Origin: Candidatus Dojkabacteria bacterium
Lineage (GTDB): Bacteria; Patescibacteriota; Dojkabacteria; SC72; JAHDCA01
DNA length: 64,000 nt
Direction of reading: 5' to 3'
NCBI GenBank assembly: GCA_030583845.1
Contig: CP129478.1
Coordinates: forward strand, 215,175 to 279,174
Under the pieces are notes generated by a model. The model saw only the letters and a list, made by a program, of their open reading frames with translations, did no database searches and was not told the origin of the DNA. Made by a program: the position numbers and the translations under genes. Below, piece after piece: positions 28,911 through 38,422 of this stretch (its first letter is position 1; each line of letters begins with the position of its first letter).

Positions 28911-29399
28911 TTAGAAAGGTAGATCATCTTCGATCGGATCGGTATCTGCAGCTGGCTCATCAGCAAAATCATCTGCTGGAGCCGAGCTACTTGCTCCTCC
29001 GTTATCATCTGATGCGGCAGCGCCATTATCATTTGCGGCTCCGCCTGCTCCACCACTCTTTCCCTTGCTATCTAGTAAGATCATGTCAGAAATTCTGATC
29101 TCAGTCTTATATTTTGTCTGACCATCTTCACCTTCCCATGACCTTGTGTTCAATTCACCCTCGACATAGATCTTCATCCCTTTTGCGAGGAGCTGCTGGC
29201 AGATCTCTGCCATTTTGTTCCATGCAACTAGATTGTGGAACTGTGTTGACTCCTGGGCATTTCCATCTGCATCTTTCCAAGACTTGTTTGTCGCCAAGCC
29301 GAAGGTAGTTACAGCTGTGCCGTTGCCCGTGTATCGGGTCTCCGGGTCACGTGTAAGATTACCGATCAGCATAACCTTATTTAGCGAACGTACTGACAT
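28911..29399 (-). CDS. ssb: Single-stranded DNA-binding protein
   Basis: OB fold starting VMLIGNLTRDPETRYT. Gly-rich linker. Acidic C-terminal tail IEDDLPF. Confidence 0.9.
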   Translation of the reverse strand: MSVRSLNKVMLIGNLTRDPETRYTGNGTAVTTFGLATNKSWKDADGNAQESTQFHNLVAWNKMAEICQQLLAKGMKIYVEGELNTRSWEGEDGQTKYKTEIRISDMILLDSKGKSGGAGGAANDNGAAASDDNGGASSSAPADDFADEPAADTDPIEDDLPF

Positions 29400-29465
29400 T
29401 TAATTAAACTGACAATTTAACTTACCTTTATCTTAAACTAGAAACATTAAAAATTTCTGAAATTT

Positions 29466-29867
29466 CTAAACTTCTATCTCTTTCTTCTTAATCGCAAGGT
29501 TTTTCTCATCTTTATGCTCAACCTTGACGACCATGAAGCGAAGAATCTCCTGCTTGAGGCTTAGCTGCCTTTTCAATTCGGCAACATCCTCAGGCTTCAT
29601 ATTGAGCACGTAGAGGATATAGTAACCCTCGTTATGACCCTTGATCTTGTATGCGAGGTATCTTTTACCCCACACGTCGGTATCAACCAGCTCTCCACCC
29701 ATCTCGGTGACTGTGGAAATAACGTTCTTGTGAATCGTTTTTCGCACGTCATCAGGAAGCAGAGGCTTCAAGGCCATCATTAGCTCATATTTTTGCATCT
29801 TCTCAGCCATGAACCTTCGTCCAAAAATCAAATTAAATCCTTTCCAGAGGCGAAAGAATTGTATCAA
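29466..29867 (-). CDS. rpsF: 30S ribosomal protein S6 (the true start is probably the internal MAEKMQKYE near 29810)
   Basis: YELMMALKP...GKRYLAYKI S6 signature. Operon order is rpsF-ssb-rpsR. Confidence 0.85.
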   Translation of the reverse strand: MIQFFRLWKGFNLIFGRRFMAEKMQKYELMMALKPLLPDDVRKTIHKNVISTVTEMGGELVDTDVWGKRYLAYKIKGHNEGYYILYVLNMKPEDVAELKRQLSLKQEILRFMVVKVEHKDEKNLAIKKKEIEV

Positions 29868-29945
29868 ATATCATTATACTCCTCAATAGCTGTGTGGGAC
29901 AAATATTTTTCGGGTATTTCGCGGCAAAACGATGTCGAAAGCAAG

Positions 29946-29992
29946 GGAGCCTCACATACGGGGTTACGGTTGAAAAATACATATGTGAGGCT
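29946..29992 (-). terminator. Hairpin with a 12-bp perfect stem (gagcctcacata / tatgtgaggctc), putative terminator after the 30000-30605 gene
   Basis: Perfect inverted repeat with a 23-nt loop. It is followed by a weak T-tract on the minus strand. Confidence 0.35.
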
Positions 29993-29999
29993 CTAAAAT

Positions 30000-30605
30000 C
30001 TAGAAGGCAGGCTGTGGGGTGCGTATGAGACGCTTGAAAAATAAGATTAGCAGGACCGCGATCGGTATGGCCGCTAGCACAACCGCTAATCCAGGAAAGA
30101 ATTTCTCCTTGCCGCGCTCATTGCAATTACGTGCGACTCCCTCCGAGCCTAGCGGACTTTGCCATAACCACTCCGCACCTCCATCATATTCCTCACCACC
30201 TAGGCTAGTGAGGAAAAATCCGTTGCTAATCTCCAACAGACCGGATGAGCCCCGAAAGTACTCGAATACTCCGGCCTCGACCAGTGGGGGGAACGCAGTT
30301 GCCTTTATCGGGTTTATGATAGATAAACTCGGACTTGAACTCATATTTTCGATAATGGCAGATACTGCTTCAGCGCAGCCAACCAGCTCTACGTCCAATC
30401 CCACCTCATTGCTGATCACCGAGACCAGCAAAATCTTCCCACTCCAGGGTCCACTCATGAACCCTCGAAGGAAGGTGATGGTTGCTGGCTCTTGCGAGCT
30501 GGCAACCCCAATAAAAACTGAAAGGCACAGCATCAAAGCCGCGCCAAGAACAAAAAACAGTTTGCGCTTCATACGATCTCCTTTTGTAACCCCGACAAAG
30601 GGCAT
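30000..30605 (-). CDS. Secreted hypothetical protein (signal peptide MKRKLFFVLGAALMLCLSVFIGVASS)
   Basis: ORF with an N-terminal signal peptide. The probable start is the internal Met at residue 12. Confidence 0.4.
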   Translation of the reverse strand: MPFVGVTKGDRMKRKLFFVLGAALMLCLSVFIGVASSQEPATITFLRGFMSGPWSGKILLVSVISNEVGLDVELVGCAEAVSAIIENMSSSPSLSIINPIKATAFPPLVEAGVFEYFRGSSGLLEISNGFFLTSLGGEEYDGGAEWLWQSPLGSEGVARNCNERGKEKFFPGLAVVLAAIPIAVLLILFFKRLIRTPQPAF

Positions 30606-30745
30606 TACCCACTCTCAGCATTACAAAAGGAAATCAACGGCTCGATTGCTATATTTTCAAAGAACAAAAACACCCGTAATACACGGATATATACGTTGGA
30701 ACGATATTAAGGAAACATTAAGCACACAACATGGGAAATCCCGCC

Positions 30746-31864
30746 CTACCCCTTCGTCGAATGAATCAACACATAATCACCATCCCGCACCAGATAATCC
30801 CTACCCTGCGACCTAAACAATCCAGCCTCCTTCACAGCATTAATCCCACCCTTCTCTACTATATCCATTACATTTGCAACGTCCGCAGTCACAAAATTAT
30901 CAGACAGATCGGTATGAATTACCCCAGCAGCCTCTTTTACAGTTGCGCCAGATCGGATCGACCAGGCATTACACTCTTTTGAACTGCCGGTATAGAAAGT
31001 AATCAGTCCTAGACGCTCAAAGCCTTTTCGGATAATATCCTCGATCTGCACAGGTGTCTCAGGCAGTAAAGCTAGATATTCAGTTTTTTCAGCCTCATCC
31101 ATCTCCGACAGCTCGCCAATCATCTTCACATCTACCTCGAGTATAAAATCTTTATGATCCTCTCCTAGATACTCAAGCACTTTAGCCTTCCAATCAGCGC
31201 GCAGCTGCTCGTCAGCACCCTCCTGCACATTTAGCAGGAAGATTCGTGGCTTATTAGTAAGCAGCCATAGATTTTTGAATTCCTCTTCAATTTTTTCATC
31301 CACTTTGAAATCAATCGCTGGCTTCCCTTCACCCAGAGATTCCATCAGCCCATCCAAAGCTTGCAACAGCCTTTCTGCATCTCCATCACCTACGCGCGCC
31401 TTTTTATTTACCTCATGTCGCTTCTTCTCAACTGTTTCAAGGTCTTTCAAAATCAGCTCTGACTGCACGATCTTAAAATCTTCTAACGGGTCAATTCGCT
31501 CATATACATGGGAAATAGTAGAGCTTGAGAAGCTGCGGATTACATACATTACAGCGTTTACCTCGCGGATATGAGATAGAAATTGGTTACCTAGCCCTTC
31601 ACCTTTTGACGCACCTTTAACCAATCCAGCGATATCTACATATTGAATTGCAGATGGGACTATTTTCTCAGCCTTGAAGAATTCCGACAATTTGGCGAGT
31701 CTCTCATCCGGGACCTCAACTATTCCAACATTCTTATCTATCGTGCAGAATGGGAAATTCTCAGCCGGCACAGCCTTTTTTGTTAAAGAATTGAACAGTG
31801 TTGACTTGCCTGCATTTGGGAGGCCAACTATACCTATTGATAATGAATGTGATCTTGTTACCAT
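30746..31864 (-). CDS. ychF: Ribosome-binding ATPase YchF (Obg-family GTPase with a TGS domain)
   Basis: IGIVGLPNAGKSTLFN...NFPFCTID. C-terminal TGS domain. An R-oriented repeat motif directly abuts its ATG. Confidence 0.9.
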   Translation of the reverse strand: MVTRSHSLSIGIVGLPNAGKSTLFNSLTKKAVPAENFPFCTIDKNVGIVEVPDERLAKLSEFFKAEKIVPSAIQYVDIAGLVKGASKGEGLGNQFLSHIREVNAVMYVIRSFSSSTISHVYERIDPLEDFKIVQSELILKDLETVEKKRHEVNKKARVGDGDAERLLQALDGLMESLGEGKPAIDFKVDEKIEEEFKNLWLLTNKPRIFLLNVQEGADEQLRADWKAKVLEYLGEDHKDFILEVDVKMIGELSEMDEAEKTEYLALLPETPVQIEDIIRKGFERLGLITFYTGSSKECNAWSIRSGATVKEAAGVIHTDLSDNFVTADVANVMDIVEKGGINAVKEAGLFRSQGRDYLVRDGDYVLIHSTKG

Positions 31865-31879
31865 GCCGCTAACCTATAG
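31865..31879. repeat. GCCGCTAACCTATAG repeat copy immediately abutting the ychF start codon
   Basis: On the minus strand the sequence reads CTATAGGTTAGCGGC followed directly by ATGGTAACA (ychF Met-Val-Thr). Confidence 0.7.
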
Positions 31880-32065
31880 CGCGGAGCCATACTGGAAAAT
31901 ATGTGACTCCTACTTCTAAATTTACAGCGCAAGTATAACATATGCTCAATGGATTGTGCCGCCACGCTCTAACCGTGCGTATACTTAATCTAGTAGTGAA
32001 GTTTTAATGAAAAATTCGCAAAGTGGTCGTTAACCATATTATTGTATCTGGCCAACTATATATGC

Positions 32066-32125
32066 TTGCTCATTAATTATGGTTAATGAGCCGTGAAATG
32101 CTGCACATTATAAGTTAGCGGCTTG
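32066..32125. repeat. Left 60-bp inverted repeat flanking the transglutaminase-like gene (contains the R-oriented family core)
   Basis: ttgctcattaattatggttaatgagccgtgaaatgctgcacattataagttagcggc. Its reverse complement matches 34021-34085 at about 57/60 positions. Confidence 0.85.
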
Positions 32126-32160
32126 AGATACTCTCACTTTGCGAATACAATATTAATCAT

Positions 32161-34029
32161 ATGATCAAGCGACTAAACCGCACAAAGTTAATATCACTCT
32201 TTGCACTACTACTTCTTGTTGCTACAAATTACCTTCCTCTACCACGAGCATACGCCTCAAACGGCACTTCGACTGACTTTCATGTGAGCGATAGCTATAT
32301 CTTGGTATATGAAGAGGGTCAAGAGTACATCACTGTTAGCGAGAAGCTCACTATCGAGGCATTTAATGAAAACTACAAATTGCCTGCTGGCACTACACAG
32401 CAATTTATAATCCACGACTTCCTGATTAACAGCGACCCTGCAGAGAGAGAATTTAAGCGGAACTCACTAACTGTCACCGATAGCAGAGGCAATCAGCTAT
32501 CTCCACAGCTCACCGAGATCGATGCAGGCCTCCAATTTGCTATCACTACGCCATACGACATCACCACAGAGAGAGATTACTCAGTCACAATCGAATTTGA
32601 CACACATGAGCTGGTCAACCTAAATGGCAATATCATCAACTTCTACATCCCGGGCATCCCAGCCGATACCGAGCTCAAGACCGTCAACAAAAATAATGGC
32701 GTCACCTTCACCTATGATTATGACGCCGAGCTAAGCATCCCTGATAGCCTGCCACAGGCAAGCTATGTTGCCCCACGTGAGATTTCTACTACTGAATTGG
32801 GCGGCTCACGAGTTTTCAAGCTAGATACAGAAGACCGACTCGGCGAGACTGGATGGATTCAGATCGGCACGGAGCAGTTCTACTACTTCAAAATGGTTCA
32901 GCGTACGCCAAAAACTGACCTACTTATACCCCCTGGGGTAAACGATTACACCGAATATCTCTCTACCAATATATACCAGCTCCCTCTGCCCCGTACCTAT
33001 GCCGAGACCGATCAGGAGGTATACTTTTCGGATCTTTCGCCCAAGCCATCAAGGATTGAGATAGACGACGAAGGGAATGTGATCGGATATTTTGAAGTGC
33101 CGGCCAATCAGAATGGAGAGATCAAAATTGAAGGGTATATCACACTGAAAAGCGAGAGCCAGAATGAGATCCCAAGCGTTGAGCTAGATGCCTATTTAGA
33201 GAGTGTCCGCAATAACCCTGCCCTAGAGCAGTACACCCGATCAGATAGATATTGGGAGTCGGACAGTGATGAGGTGATGGGAATTGCTGCCGAGCTAGCC
33301 AAGGATAAAACCACCCTTTCAGAGCTAGTGCGCACCGATTATGAATATATCGTCGAGACTTTCGATTATAGTTACGAGAAGGTTGAGGGTGAGAACAAAA
33401 GACTTGGTGCGGTTGCCGCGCTTAATGGCTCAGAGGCTGTATGCATGGAGTATGCCGATGCACTGATTGCCATATTGAGGGCACAGGGTGTCGCTGCCAA
33501 GGCTGCTGTCGGATATGGCAACGACCCAACAGGCGCCGAGAACAGCATCGGACTCGAAGAAGCAACCGAGCAGAATATCGCCCACCAATGGGTACAGGTA
33601 TGGATACCAGAATATGGTTGGCTCTCACTCGACCCTACCTGGGGAGAAAGCGGACGAGTCTACATAGGTGGCAATCTAGACCATATCCTCTGGTACACGA
33701 TAGGAAATTCAAGCCAGGACTACATAGGCACAGCACTTAGCAGTGCCGACAATATTAGCTCTGAGTCATTTGAAAACTACGACCTCTATCTGCAAGCCCT
33801 ACCAAAAGGAAGCATCCCAGAAATTAGCCAGCTCATTCAGGTTGACCAGCTGACCTCTCAGTTCTCAGCAGATGACGATGCCTTTTCAAGCTATCTGAAG
33901 ACCACACCTTTAGGGAAATCAATCGTGATCATTGCGCCAACCTGTGCAATGCTGCTTTTCACATTTCTGATAGTGACCGTAGCAGTAAGGATGGCGAAAA
34001 AGTATTTAATCGTTCACTCCCCCCGCTAA
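32161..34029 (+). CDS. Transglutaminase-like (papain-fold Cys protease/transglutaminase core) surface protein with N- and C-terminal membrane anchors
   Basis: Core SEAVCMEYADALIAILRAQG (Cys), HQWVQVWIPEYGWLSLDPTWG (His/Asp). N-terminal signal/TM and C-terminal TM. Confidence 0.7.
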   Translation: MIKRLNRTKLISLFALLLLVATNYLPLPRAYASNGTSTDFHVSDSYILVYEEGQEYITVSEKLTIEAFNENYKLPAGTTQQFIIHDFLINSDPAEREFKRNSLTVTDSRGNQLSPQLTEIDAGLQFAITTPYDITTERDYSVTIEFDTHELVNLNGNIINFYIPGIPADTELKTVNKNNGVTFTYDYDAELSIPDSLPQASYVAPREISTTELGGSRVFKLDTEDRLGETGWIQIGTEQFYYFKMVQRTPKTDLLIPPGVNDYTEYLSTNIYQLPLPRTYAETDQEVYFSDLSPKPSRIEIDDEGNVIGYFEVPANQNGEIKIEGYITLKSESQNEIPSVELDAYLESVRNNPALEQYTRSDRYWESDSDEVMGIAAELAKDKTTLSELVRTDYEYIVETFDYSYEKVEGENKRLGAVAALNGSEAVCMEYADALIAILRAQGVAAKAAVGYGNDPTGAENSIGLEEATEQNIAHQWVQVWIPEYGWLSLDPTWGESGRVYIGGNLDHILWYTIGNSSQDYIGTALSSADNISSESFENYDLYLQALPKGSIPEISQLIQVDQLTSQFSADDDAFSSYLKTTPLGKSIVIIAPTCAMLLFTFLIVTVAVRMAKKYLIVHSPR

Positions 34030-34085
34030 CTCATAATGCGCAGCATTTCACGGCTCATTAACCATAATTAATGAGCAAGTATAGT
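34021..34085. repeat. Right 60-bp inverted repeat flanking the transglutaminase-like gene (F-oriented core overlaps its TAA stop)
   Basis: ccccgctaactcataatgcgcagcatttcacggctcattaaccataattaatgagcaagtatag. It contains the internal palindrome ctcattaaccataattaatgag. Confidence 0.85.
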
Positions 34086-34118
34086 GCGATCTAGCCCATA
34101 TGGCAGCAGCTGGTCGGA

Positions 34119-35636
34119 CTACTGCTTATACACAAACAGCTTCTCCATATTCAGCGCCTCAATACCGGTATCAAGCCGCTCTCCACTCGTGGCATAGATA
34201 GTTAGCAACAGTTCGCCCTTTTCTACCTTATCGCCAGCTGTTTTATGCAAATACACGCCAGCCTCTTTGATAAATGGATTGCCAAGCGCGCGCGATATCT
34301 TCACAATCTCCTTGTTATCGACGAAATCTATTATGCCATCTCTTTCTGCCATAAATTTCTGCTCATAATCACCAATCTTGATCTCCTCGGATGTTTTCTT
34401 GCCAGGCGCACCCTGAGCCATAGCTATCTCCCAGAACTTTTCTGCGGCTTCACCCGAATCTAGCTTCTGCAATGCTGCTCTTCTACCCTCACCTACTGGC
34501 ACTTTCTCTGTCAATTCAAGCAGTACACCCGCCATGTCGACAGCTGTTTCCTCGAGCTTCATAGGCCGCTCTGGATGGCGCTCAAATACTTGCAAAATGT
34601 CGCGGACCTCGAGGGCTGGACCAATACCATAGCCATCTGGTGCAACCACCCGCCTAGTGTATGTTTCGCACTTAATTCCAACTTTGGCAAAGAGCTTCTT
34701 AAACTCTGTGCTGAGAAATTCAACATCATCTGGCTTCTCAACCTTAGTGCCTGGGCCATATGGGATATCGATCACAATATGAGTGATACCCATTGAGACC
34801 TTCTTAGCAATGATACTGACTAACAGCTTCTGGAAAGATTGGACATGGAGGCCACGCTCTACTCCAATCAGTACATCATCAGCTGGTGATAATCTCAAGG
34901 CTCCACCCCAGATCATAAATGCCCCTGTTTTCTTGATAATCTCATACAGCTCTTCATTGGTATGGGTCATCGGCATGATTACCTCAAGGATGTCGGTAGT
35001 ACCAGCAGGAGTTGTAATGGCTCGGGTAGATGTATTTGGGATGACCAATCCGTGAGCGGCGATTATTGGCACAAGGATCGGAGTTATGCCTTTTGCTGCC
35101 ACACCACCGATCGAGTGCTTGTCGACAACCATATTTCCATTCTCCTTTACATTCCTGAAGTCGAGTACATCACCTGCCTTCGCCATTCCATGGATTGTTG
35201 CCAACACCTCTTCCTCGTCAAACCCTGGGTTGAAGAAGGTCGCCATAAAGTAGGCAATCTCAACCTCACGTATCTTTCGGTCTGAGATATCCTGGGTAAT
35301 TACCTCTAGCTCGTGTGCACTGAGCTTGCTGCCAAGAAGCTTCTTCTTGATATACTCAAGCGATTCTGGGCGGTCAATAATTGTAATCGTGATCGTATCT
35401 CCCTGATGGATTCCATAGCGTGACCAGATATCCTCGTTTATGCCCACATGCCCTTCTGGGACTACACTGTCTGTAACCTCAACGACTACATATAGCACCA
35501 CATCATTTTGAAATGAAAATGAGACTATGTCGCCCTTATTGATGCCCTCTTTTCGCGCATCGTCGGCATTTAATAACACTTCGAGCTCATTTCCTGTCTC
35601 GACATCTAAATTGTTGCTCTTCAAATATAACGCCAT
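34119..35636 (-). CDS. AMP phosphorylase / thymidine phosphorylase family (archaeal-type, with an N-terminal extension domain)
   Basis: 505 aa. DeoA-type core (HSIGGVAAKGITPILVPIIAAHG...TTPAGTTD) plus the roughly 90-aa N-terminal domain typical of AMP phosphorylases. It is adjacent to the eIF-2B-like isomerase. Confidence 0.7.
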   Translation of the reverse strand: MALYLKSNNLDVETGNELEVLLNADDARKEGINKGDIVSFSFQNDVVLYVVVEVTDSVVPEGHVGINEDIWSRYGIHQGDTITITIIDRPESLEYIKKKLLGSKLSAHELEVITQDISDRKIREVEIAYFMATFFNPGFDEEEVLATIHGMAKAGDVLDFRNVKENGNMVVDKHSIGGVAAKGITPILVPIIAAHGLVIPNTSTRAITTPAGTTDILEVIMPMTHTNEELYEIIKKTGAFMIWGGALRLSPADDVLIGVERGLHVQSFQKLLVSIIAKKVSMGITHIVIDIPYGPGTKVEKPDDVEFLSTEFKKLFAKVGIKCETYTRRVVAPDGYGIGPALEVRDILQVFERHPERPMKLEETAVDMAGVLLELTEKVPVGEGRRAALQKLDSGEAAEKFWEIAMAQGAPGKKTSEEIKIGDYEQKFMAERDGIIDFVDNKEIVKISRALGNPFIKEAGVYLHKTAGDKVEKGELLLTIYATSGERLDTGIEALNMEKLFVYKQ

Positions 35637-35691
35637 TCGCTAAATGTATAGCATTTAGATTAAAATTTTCAAAGTGACATTGACTACCATG

Positions 35692-36636
35692 CTAGAAAAG
35701 CCATTTATACTCTCGCTGTATCGCACGTTCGATCTCATCTGGCTTAAGCACACCTAATTCAGTTATATATCCTGTGATAAATTCTTTGTTAATCAGCTCA
35801 AACGATGGATTTACAAGCTTCAAGCCAGCAGGAGCCTCTTTCCACACCTCGCTTGCCTCTCGCATCTCAATCTCAGGTGGCTTGTAGGCAGTGGTTACAT
35901 CTGTCTTCAACACACTCCCAACGACATATAATGGCTTGCTCGCATAATAAGCGGCAAGCGCCACTCCCCAGCTGCCGATCTTATTAATCGCATCACCCTT
36001 CATGCTTATCTCATCACAGCCTGTAAAGATCACATCAATCTCGTGGCTCCCTCGACCGATGATGTAAGACTCGGCTGAACTATCTACAATCATTGTGGTA
36101 TCGACACCGCCTTCAACCAGAGCCTTCGCCGTGAGCCTACCCTGCATCAACGGTCGCGTCTCAGTGCATACAGCCTTAAATCCTGGAACACGTTTGGCAT
36201 GCTGAATGATCAGCCCCTCAACAGTAGATGAATGGCAGTGAGTCAGCACCTCGTTTACATCTGTACCAAGCAGCTCAAGTCCGTTCTGGGTTATCTTCTG
36301 CTTTGACTCTTCGATAAACTTGAGGAACTCATCGGCGAGCTGTCCAACCTTATCTTTCGCCTCATTTATATCGTGTAGATCGGCGTTTTCGATCCTCAGC
36401 ATATGCATGACAAACTTAAGACCGTTTTTTGCCAAAGGCTCATTCGGCCTCGCTTGTGATAGCCGTACACCTACTCGCTCTACCTCTGAGAGGAATATTG
36501 GCACATCGTTATCTCCATTATAATCTTTGGCAAAAAGCTTCAGGCCCTCAAATGTGGCAATCGCGACATTGGTTGCCCCTTGGATCTTTACATCTTTGAT
36601 ATCTTGCTCAATCTGTTCAATGCTACTGTATTCCAT
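35692..36636 (-). CDS. eIF-2B alpha/beta/delta-like protein, probable ribose-1,5-bisphosphate isomerase
   Basis: VIFTGCDEISMKGDAINKIGSWGVALAAYYASKPLYVVGSVLK, characteristic of the eIF-2B/MtnA/R15P isomerase family. Its position next to the AMP phosphorylase favours R15P isomerase. Confidence 0.65.
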   Translation of the reverse strand: MEYSSIEQIEQDIKDVKIQGATNVAIATFEGLKLFAKDYNGDNDVPIFLSEVERVGVRLSQARPNEPLAKNGLKFVMHMLRIENADLHDINEAKDKVGQLADEFLKFIEESKQKITQNGLELLGTDVNEVLTHCHSSTVEGLIIQHAKRVPGFKAVCTETRPLMQGRLTAKALVEGGVDTTMIVDSSAESYIIGRGSHEIDVIFTGCDEISMKGDAINKIGSWGVALAAYYASKPLYVVGSVLKTDVTTAYKPPEIEMREASEVWKEAPAGLKLVNPSFELINKEFITGYITELGVLKPDEIERAIQREYKWLF

Positions 36637-36638
36637 TG

Positions 36639-38132
36639 TTAATCAAGCTCTACAACTTCATTTAGATACGGCACATATGATTTCAGCTGTAGCTCCTCGG
36701 TAATGTTTGCGGCAAAACCCATCGCTATGCTCTCCTCACCATGCATCACAAATACTGTCTTGGGCGAGTGACCGAAGCCGCGCAACCAGTACCGGAGATC
36801 TCGTGAATCCGCGTGCGCCGAAAATCCGCCCAATGTGTGTACCTGTGCCCTTACATCCACTTCCCGACCCTTTATCCTCACAACCGGCTCACCATCAACA
36901 ATCCTTCGTCCTAGCGTCCCTTTTACCTGATACCCAACGAAAACAATATGGGTATTCTTCTTCTCAATATTGTTTGCGAGGTGGTGGACAATTCTTCCAC
37001 CGTTACACATGCCTGAGCCGGCTAATATGACGATGCCGTTCAGTCCAATAAGTCGCCTTGACTCATCTGCACTCTCTACAGTGTGGAAGCCCTCGAAATG
37101 AAAAGGATCATCGCCTTTTTCAAGCAATCTGCGTGCATCCTCATCATAGAATGTTGGGTATTTACGGAATACTTCTGTAGCCTTCATCGCCATAGGGCTG
37201 TCGAGATATACTTCGAGGCCGCTCAATAGCTTGTTTTCAATTGCTACATTTAATTCGTAGATTATCTCCTGCGCTCGCTCTATTGCAAATGTAGGGATCA
37301 AGATATTTCCACCATCTTTCTGTGCGTCCTTAATTACTTTTAGAAACTCTTTTACCGTCTCATCCTTGCTCTTGTGGAGGCGGTTGCCATATGTCGACTC
37401 AATCAGCACATAGTCGGCCTCGCGCAGCATATCTGGATCTCGCACAATTCTCTGTCCCTGCTGACCCAAGTCACCCGAGAACACAATTTTCCTCTGTGTT
37501 CCACTACTGTTTTTTACCCATACTTCGAATATTGCCGAGCCCAAGATATGCCCTGAGTCTCGCATTCTAAACTCTAAACCGTCACGAAGCACCACTGAAT
37601 TTCCAAATGGGTAGATATCGAATAGTCCCATCGCTTTTGTCACATCCTCAGTTGTGAAGAGTGGCTCTTTATTTTCGTAAAGACTACCCTCCTCTGCGTG
37701 TGGCCAATATGAGTTGCCATTCGTTTTTTGGCTGCCACCCTTTCCATATCCTTGCTGGTCGGCATAGTAATGCTCTTCAGACTCTCGCTTCTGGCGGGTA
37801 AGCCATCTTTGATACTCCTCTTCCTGTAGGTTTGCTGCGTCCATGAGCACAATCTCGGCAAGATCGCGAGTTGGCTGGGTCGAAATAATCCTACCTTTGA
37901 AGCCTTTGCGTACAAGCTGAGGAACCCTACCACAATGGTCAAAATGGGCGTGAGTTAGTAGCAGATACTCGATCTCCGCAGGATCAAATGGGAAATCCTC
38001 CCGGTTAAGCTGATCCAGCTCGTCCGAGCCTTGAAATGCACCGCAATCTACAAGTATCTTGGTATATCCGAGGTCTAGAAAATAGCACGAGCCTGTTACT
38101 GTCCTTGCGGCGCCACAAAACTGTATCTTCAT
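36639..38132 (-). CDS. beta-CASP family MBL-fold ribonuclease (RNase J / CPSF73-like)
   Basis: The N-terminal KIQFCGAARTVTGSCYFLD...ILVDCG fits the CPSF/RNase J pattern. HAHFDHCG is present. Size about 500 aa. Confidence 0.65.
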   Translation of the reverse strand: MKIQFCGAARTVTGSCYFLDLGYTKILVDCGAFQGSDELDQLNREDFPFDPAEIEYLLLTHAHFDHCGRVPQLVRKGFKGRIISTQPTRDLAEIVLMDAANLQEEEYQRWLTRQKRESEEHYYADQQGYGKGGSQKTNGNSYWPHAEEGSLYENKEPLFTTEDVTKAMGLFDIYPFGNSVVLRDGLEFRMRDSGHILGSAIFEVWVKNSSGTQRKIVFSGDLGQQGQRIVRDPDMLREADYVLIESTYGNRLHKSKDETVKEFLKVIKDAQKDGGNILIPTFAIERAQEIIYELNVAIENKLLSGLEVYLDSPMAMKATEVFRKYPTFYDEDARRLLEKGDDPFHFEGFHTVESADESRRLIGLNGIVILAGSGMCNGGRIVHHLANNIEKKNTHIVFVGYQVKGTLGRRIVDGEPVVRIKGREVDVRAQVHTLGGFSAHADSRDLRYWLRGFGHSPKTVFVMHGEESIAMGFAANITEELQLKSYVPYLNEVVELD

Positions 38133-38215
38133 CCTGAATCGGGCAGTTAAATTATATTTCAGCCTGTTTAATCTGATACAGTTTATATTAGGTTTGCTGG
38201 TATGGCAAACCTCAG

Positions 38216-38230
38216 GCCGCTAACTTATAG
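38216..38230. repeat. GCCGCTAACTTATAG repeat copy (F) with an extension similar to the 60-bp IR
   Basis: gccgctaacttatagtacgaagtatttcacggtgcaatgc aligns with ccgctaactcataatgcgcagcatttcacggctcatt from the right IR. A partner in R orientation lies at 38451-38466. Confidence 0.7.
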
Positions 38231-38422
38231 TACGAAGTATTTCACGGTGCAATGCTTACAATAAATGGGCACGGATAGTGCACAATAGTTTATGGCAGCA
38301 GATTGTAATTTAGTATTAGGTAGCGACTAGAATTGAGTGTGGTAGACTGTAGCCAGAATTAAATAATTTAACTAAGACCGCACAGTCTTGGCTATAATAA
38401 GCCGTTATATTGCACAATTATC

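Noticed and set aside
32108-32122. Is the R-oriented repeat core (cTATAAGttagcggc) the organism's main promoter?
   Set aside because: Canonical TTGACA/TATAAT promoters are present, for example at 8121-8149 and upstream of rpmE. Several repeat copies point into the 3' ends of genes. A promoter role is at most secondary and is kept as a hypothesis inside the repeat finding.
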